A DNA stretch of 64,000 bases from Eledone cirrhosa (lineage: Eukaryota), in the NCBI GenBank assembly GCA_964016885.1, contig OZ024750.1, forward strand, positions 10,106,001 to 10,170,000. The letters are read 5' to 3'. The position numbers and the translations under genes were made by a program. Shown one piece after another: positions 53,509 through 64,000 of this stretch (position 1 is its first letter; every line of letters begins with the position of its first letter). A model generated the notes under the pieces. It did no database searches, was not told the DNA's origin, and was given only the letters and a program-made list of their open reading frames with translations.

Positions 53509-54300
53509 CGGATGAAAGATTATCGAGGGTAAAAGAAATGGTGAAGAAAACTCGGGGTGGGTGGAGAGTGAAAAGTCCGAAGGCCTCTCCGTCCAGTTTC
53601 CGGGGAAAAAATCCTTTGCACCGTATTAGGAGGTAAGCTTGATAGCACACGGAAAAAACCCCAAAGAAAAAACATTATTTCCCACTTAAATCGGTTCGGG
53701 TGTCTTTCTATAATAATACCCAGTTTTGTATCATCGAACCAGAAACGGTTAGATAAAATTGTTATTGTGAGCGTCCCAACGCGAATGACTATTATTGCGG
53801 TCATTTGCATTGGGATGTATACTTTTCAAATTTTTCCACTGCTTCCTAAGTCATCCGCTTTGATTAAAATCGTCTGCACATTTAAAAATACAAGAAAACA
53901 AAATAAAACACAGAGGTTGCTGGATTCGAAAGCTCCACCCTAATCCAATAGTAATTATTTCATATTTATAGACGATTAGAAATGGGATTGTGTGATGTTC
54001 ATGCTTTACCAAAGAACATCAGCAATATAATTTGGATCTAACCGTGTTAGATATGCAATAAACTTACTGCAACTTTTACAATACTACTGGTTACCAATAT
54101 GTAAGAAGATATTTAATATATATATACATATAAAAACAGGTCCCTTACTGGAAGCCTTAATTTCACCATGTTTAGCTAGGTGCACATGAAGGCTGTGAGT
54201 CGGTCTAATTGGTAGTGGTGGAAGGGGGAACTAAGCTAGCAAGGTACGTGTTCTATTACATGTAACAGGGAAGCAACAAACCTTATTACCATGTAAGCAA

Positions 54301-55028
54301 TCACGTGACACATTCGTCGCTCTTCTTTCCACTACTCTCACACCCCGCCGTTAATTTCATGGAAATTGACCGCAACTGGTACAAAAAACAACAATCTCGC
54401 TTTTAAAATTTGATATAAACGTTAAAATTAAATTTATATCCATTTTGATTTGTAGCATCAACGTCATTTGCAACCAAGTATTGCATTAAATTGTGTAAAA
54501 TTGTTATTGTCGGTCGGGGTGTGAGGCGTAATATTGAGAGAGCTGCACACAAGTGTTACATCCATCACAGACGCCATATCACCTGGTGGTAAGCTCGCCC
54601 CTTGGTCTTCAGTTTTTACAGTGGAGGAGTTTGTGTCTGCTTCCAGTTCATACTAAAGGTAATCATTACATATTTTGCTTTGGTTCTTTTTTTATTTCTC
54701 TTAGATTCTCCTAATATTTCTCTTTGTAGGAATCGAGGGAAGGGTGTTGGTTATTATTTCAGAAAATCAAAACTTTTTCTCCCCTCCTCTGACATTCACT
54801 TTCTCTCTGTCGACCGACATTCAACGCAGAGCTATAAAGTATGTCTCTCTCTCTTATATAAATATATATATAGTCACATATATACATATAGTACATAAAC
54901 ACACGCATATATTTATATGCCTCTATCTATCTATCTCTCTATATATTTATACACGCACACACACAAATACCTTTACTGACATAGATCTTACTCCAGTTAA
55001 GGGAAACATTTTTTCTGCAAGATGGCGG
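54301..55028 (+). promoter_or_regulatory. Putative promoter and non-coding 5' exons of an unidentified plus-strand gene
   Basis: Repeat-poor, CpG-retaining DNA; E-box TCACGTGA 54301-54308; donor AAG|GTAATC 54659, branch-like CTAAT and TTCTCTTTGTAG| acceptor 54729 (71-nt intron), next donor AAA|GTATGT 54839; YY1-like AAGATGGCGG 55019-55028. Confidence 0.35.
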
Positions 55029-55047
55029 GATTGCCCTTTCTTTCTCT

Positions 55048-55104
<57 letters not shown>

Positions 55105-55609
55105 TTATATTATCGGTTGAACTTGTTTGACAGTTATACGTTAGCAATGTCACCTAGTGTGACTAATGTCAAATTTAAACATTTAATGCTGTCCAGGGCG
55201 AGGTCAACCTGTTACGTATACCTAAATATTTGAACTCCTTCAGTTATTATTTTTTATCAATCAGGGCCATGCCGGACCATTTAGTACAAGAGATATTTCG
55301 TTTTAGGTGTATAAAATAATAGACAAGATAAAAAAATATCCGCTTTTTTTCGTTGTAAATCTTCGCTTTTGAAATCGATAAACCGAACGGCTTATTTGTA
55401 AAGAAAATATTTTCCGAATGATTTATTTGAATTTAGATATCGACCTGTTCCCTCGCAACAGATTGTTTGTAATCAATTGACATATATTGCAGTCGGATAT
55501 GAGTCCTAGAAAGACTCCTTGTCTAAGGCAGTCGTCGAGTTATTTTTTTTTTCATTTAAATTTAATTTCATTTTGTCATATTTTATATTCCTAAAGCGAA
55601 GCATCCTCC

Positions 55610-55665
<56 letters not shown>

Positions 55666-55820
55666 TCGGGCATGCATACTCCAGAATACACATATGCAAA
55701 GCAAACACACGTATACTTGTCCTTCAGAAACACTCAAAAATACGGACGATGGACAGACAGACACGCCCAGATGAAAATATGTACACATATTTAGAAGGTT
55801 ACTCAGACTCTCTCTCTCTT

Positions 55821-55873
<53 letters not shown>

Positions 55874-57724
55874 CTCTTAAATACATCTTAATATCGAACG
55901 GGTTGTGTCTGTAATTCAAAGGTGCAGCCCTGACATACATTACAGATTCACATAAAGTACAAATGTCTGCGAAATACTCAATCACACAAATCAATGAACA
56001 GGTGGCTCTGTCGATCGAACAATTGGAATATTCATTGTCATTTATTTTAGTTATATATATATAATATATTCCAAGTTAAAATCGGTTCTGTAATGAGCAA
56101 GACATGGTCATCCGAGCTCAACTTGCCTCAAATATGACAACCGTCTAACCCATGCTAGCGTAGAAAATAGAAAATGTCCGTTAAACGGTGATAATGAGGA
56201 TATGCATACATATCGTTTCATTGTATCTAATAATGTGTATATAGTGTAATAATGTGTATATAGTGTAATAATGTGTATATAGTGTAATAAAGTTTGAAAT
56301 GTGATAGTATAGTTCCTCTTACTATCCTCTTATTTAATATCCAACCCTTAATTTCTATAAATATTTAGGGCAGTTTTATTACAGATATGGCCATATTGCA
56401 GCAACAACATCTAGGGTGGTAGGTATGCATAAGCTACACACTACTGTGTGTCTCCTAGTTCTCACAGACATATACATTTGTGTAGTTAATCTTCGTTTTA
56501 TAAAGGGTGCAGTAAAAAACCCATCGCGATTAAATGCATTTAAAATAAATAGGTGTATATAGATATACGTGTATATAATAATTATTTTACATACGTGTTG
56601 GAACACAGGCATGTATGTTTAAGCCTGTAACTAATATATTTGTGTGAATCTACATATGTATACTGTGTATACATAAATTATATATGTATACATCAATGCA
56701 GTAGTTAAAATGTGTGTGTACGCAGACTTGTAACTAATATATTTATTTCTGTATAATATACATGTATATGTTGTATATTAAGTTATATAAATATATGTAT
56801 ATTTATGAGTGCACAGTAATGTATGTTTAGATGTATGATTATACTAATGTATTACACATAAATCTATATACATGCAGTACTAATGGGTGTGTATCACTAA
56901 TATATCCCTGCGTGTGTGTGTGTGTGTGTGATCACTAATATATCTCTGTGTGTACGTATGTGTGTGTGTTAAATGAGCCTTGTGTTAATATAGTCTGCTG
57001 ATTTTTACTGGAAGCCATAAGAATACCTTCAGATGATATACAGCTTGTTGGTTCTTAAACAGATCCATTTATGTCAGTGCCGACTCCCTCACTCAGTTAA
57101 TAGTAGTTACGGGGCTGGGGCCATTTAGTTGTATATTTCTGCCTGAAAAATATCTTGAATATATATTTATCCCTATGTATATTCTAGGATGTGTGTTCTT
57201 TAGTAGAAACATAATTATTCTTGTTGTTTAACTCCGAATTCGGTCTAGATTCAGCAGGTGTTGAAGTCGTCCCTTGTTTTTCACGAATTCTGTACCCCAG
57301 CCTCCATTATCTATGCACAGTTGACTATTTTTAGCAGATCGAGCAATTTTTTAGAGGCTCACTTTTGAGGTGTGTATATATGTGCATACTCTAGTGTTTC
57401 GTTTTAAATATGCATGGTATCTGTATCCGTTCATTAGTGTATTTTTTACACAGGAGTCATCTACTGTAAATGTTATTTATATATACCACATTTCACACAC
57501 ATATATTACTTGGGTGTGACACATAAATTAGACACACATGTACGATATGAACCTTACAATCGTTGCTATATATATATATAATCAAATGAGGGATTTGTAG
57601 TTTACTTGAAGCATTGTATTTAATCATATATATAGATGAAAAAATTAGCTTTTAAATAATTTAAAATTCACATTGAGCTAATCATTCAACTACGTGGTAA
57701 TTATATACTGTCATATATAATTCT

Positions 57725-57759
<35 letters not shown>

Positions 57760-57770
57760 TCTCTCTCTCT

Positions 57771-57821
<51 letters not shown>

Positions 57822-57974
57822 GTTGGCATTGGGAAGAGCATCCATCCTTAGAAACTAAGCTATAAACAGTTCTGTATGAACTAGACATGGTCATCTGATC
57901 TGGTTTGTCTCACAACAGGACAACTCATCTAACCCATGCAAGCGTGAAAAAATGGACGTTAAACAGTGTTGATG

Positions 57975-62621
<4,647 letters not shown>

Positions 62622-63175
62622 GGTCGGGTCGTTGGCGACTAAACTGGCAACCCCACCAAGGTTTCTTGGTGAGGAGGGTGACTTTGGACATCCTGCAGGA
62701 CTAAAAACAAAACCTGTCAAAGGGCAAAGGAGCTCTTAAGAGTCAATGGCCATCCAAAATCACCGGGAGAGATGACCCCTTAGCCTTTGTCAAGGCAGAA
62801 TTCTAGGAGAAGGAAAACTCTGATATAACACCTGCAACCCTGATGGTATCCAATGATGTTGACTTGTTCTTCTTTTTGGTAAATATCATCTTGGTTAAGA
62901 GAGTGGGACTGGCTTTGTGCAGTGCCTTTGCTCACTATAAAAGCTTCACGGCACAGGCATTGCTTTATATCTGGAGATCTCTCTGCACTTGTCGTCACAT
63001 GGTACCATGGGCCCAGCACTATGTGTCAATAATTGTCACAAGTGTAGTGTTTGTACCAGAGTTTTCAAGTCACTGGCTGGACTAAAAAGTCACACTCGTT
63101 CAGCGCATCGGTAGGGGTTCTCCTACATGGATATAAAGTAGTGGCCGTACTCGAAAACGAGTTGGCAGCCACCAT
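62622..63175 (+). mobile_element. Short bipartite non-autonomous RTE-like element (5' UTR fused to 3' end with C2H2 finger)
   Basis: RTE-5'UTR-like motif CTAGGAGAAGGAAAACTCTGA; 3' part encodes [23 protein letters not shown] (C-x2-C-x12-H-x4-H, stop 63112-63114); embedded in (TA)n; homologous copy at 36447-36760. Confidence 0.65.
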
Positions 63176-63298
63176 ATATATATATATATGTATATATATG
63201 TATATATATATATATATGTAGATATATGTATATATATATGTATGTATATATATGTATATATATGTATATATATGTATATATATATATGTATATATATG

Positions 63299-63329
<31 letters not shown>

Positions 63330-63394
63330 GTATATATATATATGTATATATATATATGTATATATATATATGTATATATATATATGTATATGTA

Positions 63395-63435
<41 letters not shown>

Positions 63436-63480
63436 GTATATATATGTATATATATATATGTATATATATGTATATATATG

Positions 63481-63513
<33 letters not shown>

Positions 63514-63518
63514 GTATA

Positions 63519-63563
<45 letters not shown>

Positions 63564-63592
63564 GTATATATATATATATATGTATATATATG

Positions 63593-63628
<36 letters not shown>

Positions 63629-63640
63629 TGTATATATATG

Positions 63641-63675
<35 letters not shown>

Positions 63676-63690
63676 GTATATGTATATATG

Positions 63691-63721
<31 letters not shown>

Positions 63722-64000
63722 GTATATATATGTATATATATATATATATATGTATATATATGTATATATATATATATATATATATGTATATTTATGTATG
63801 TATATGTATATGTATATATATGTATATTTATGTATATATATGTATATGTATATATATATATGTATATATATGTATGTATATATGTGTATATGTATATATA
63901 TATATATGTATATATATGTATGTATATATGTGTATATGTATATATATATATATATGTATATATATGTATGTATATATGTGTATATGTATATATATATATA

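Overview
Repeat-dense, AT-rich animal genomic DNA, most likely a coleoid cephalopod (octopus), inferred from the SINE/RTE repertoire and extreme (TA)n/(CA)n/(CAT)n content. One well-supported gene: a two-exon TREX1/TREX2-like DEDDh 3'-5' exonuclease on the minus strand (27254-26981 joined to 24771-24098, 315 aa). A second, unannotated-looking intronless minus-strand gene (14284-13970) encodes a 104-aa, ~39% Lys+Arg protamine-like protein with a TATA box and AATAAA. The rest is mostly mobile DNA: RTE-clade LINE copies (one with a 474-aa open RT ORF carrying an inserted PHD-like finger), two tRNA-derived SINE families (one sharing the RTE 3' tail), a bipartite non-autonomous RTE, piggyBac- and Tc1/mariner-type MITEs, minisatellites and a ~4.6-kb degenerate TA tract. 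The most striking hidden signal is a set of short, often palindromic elements in (TA)n tracts that fold into minimal type I hammerhead ribozymes (at least three unrelated families, one copy with a fully intact core at 52773-52833), consistent with Penelope-like element pLTRs. Most long ORFs in the supplied track are microsatellite artefacts. All folds and alignments were done by eye.
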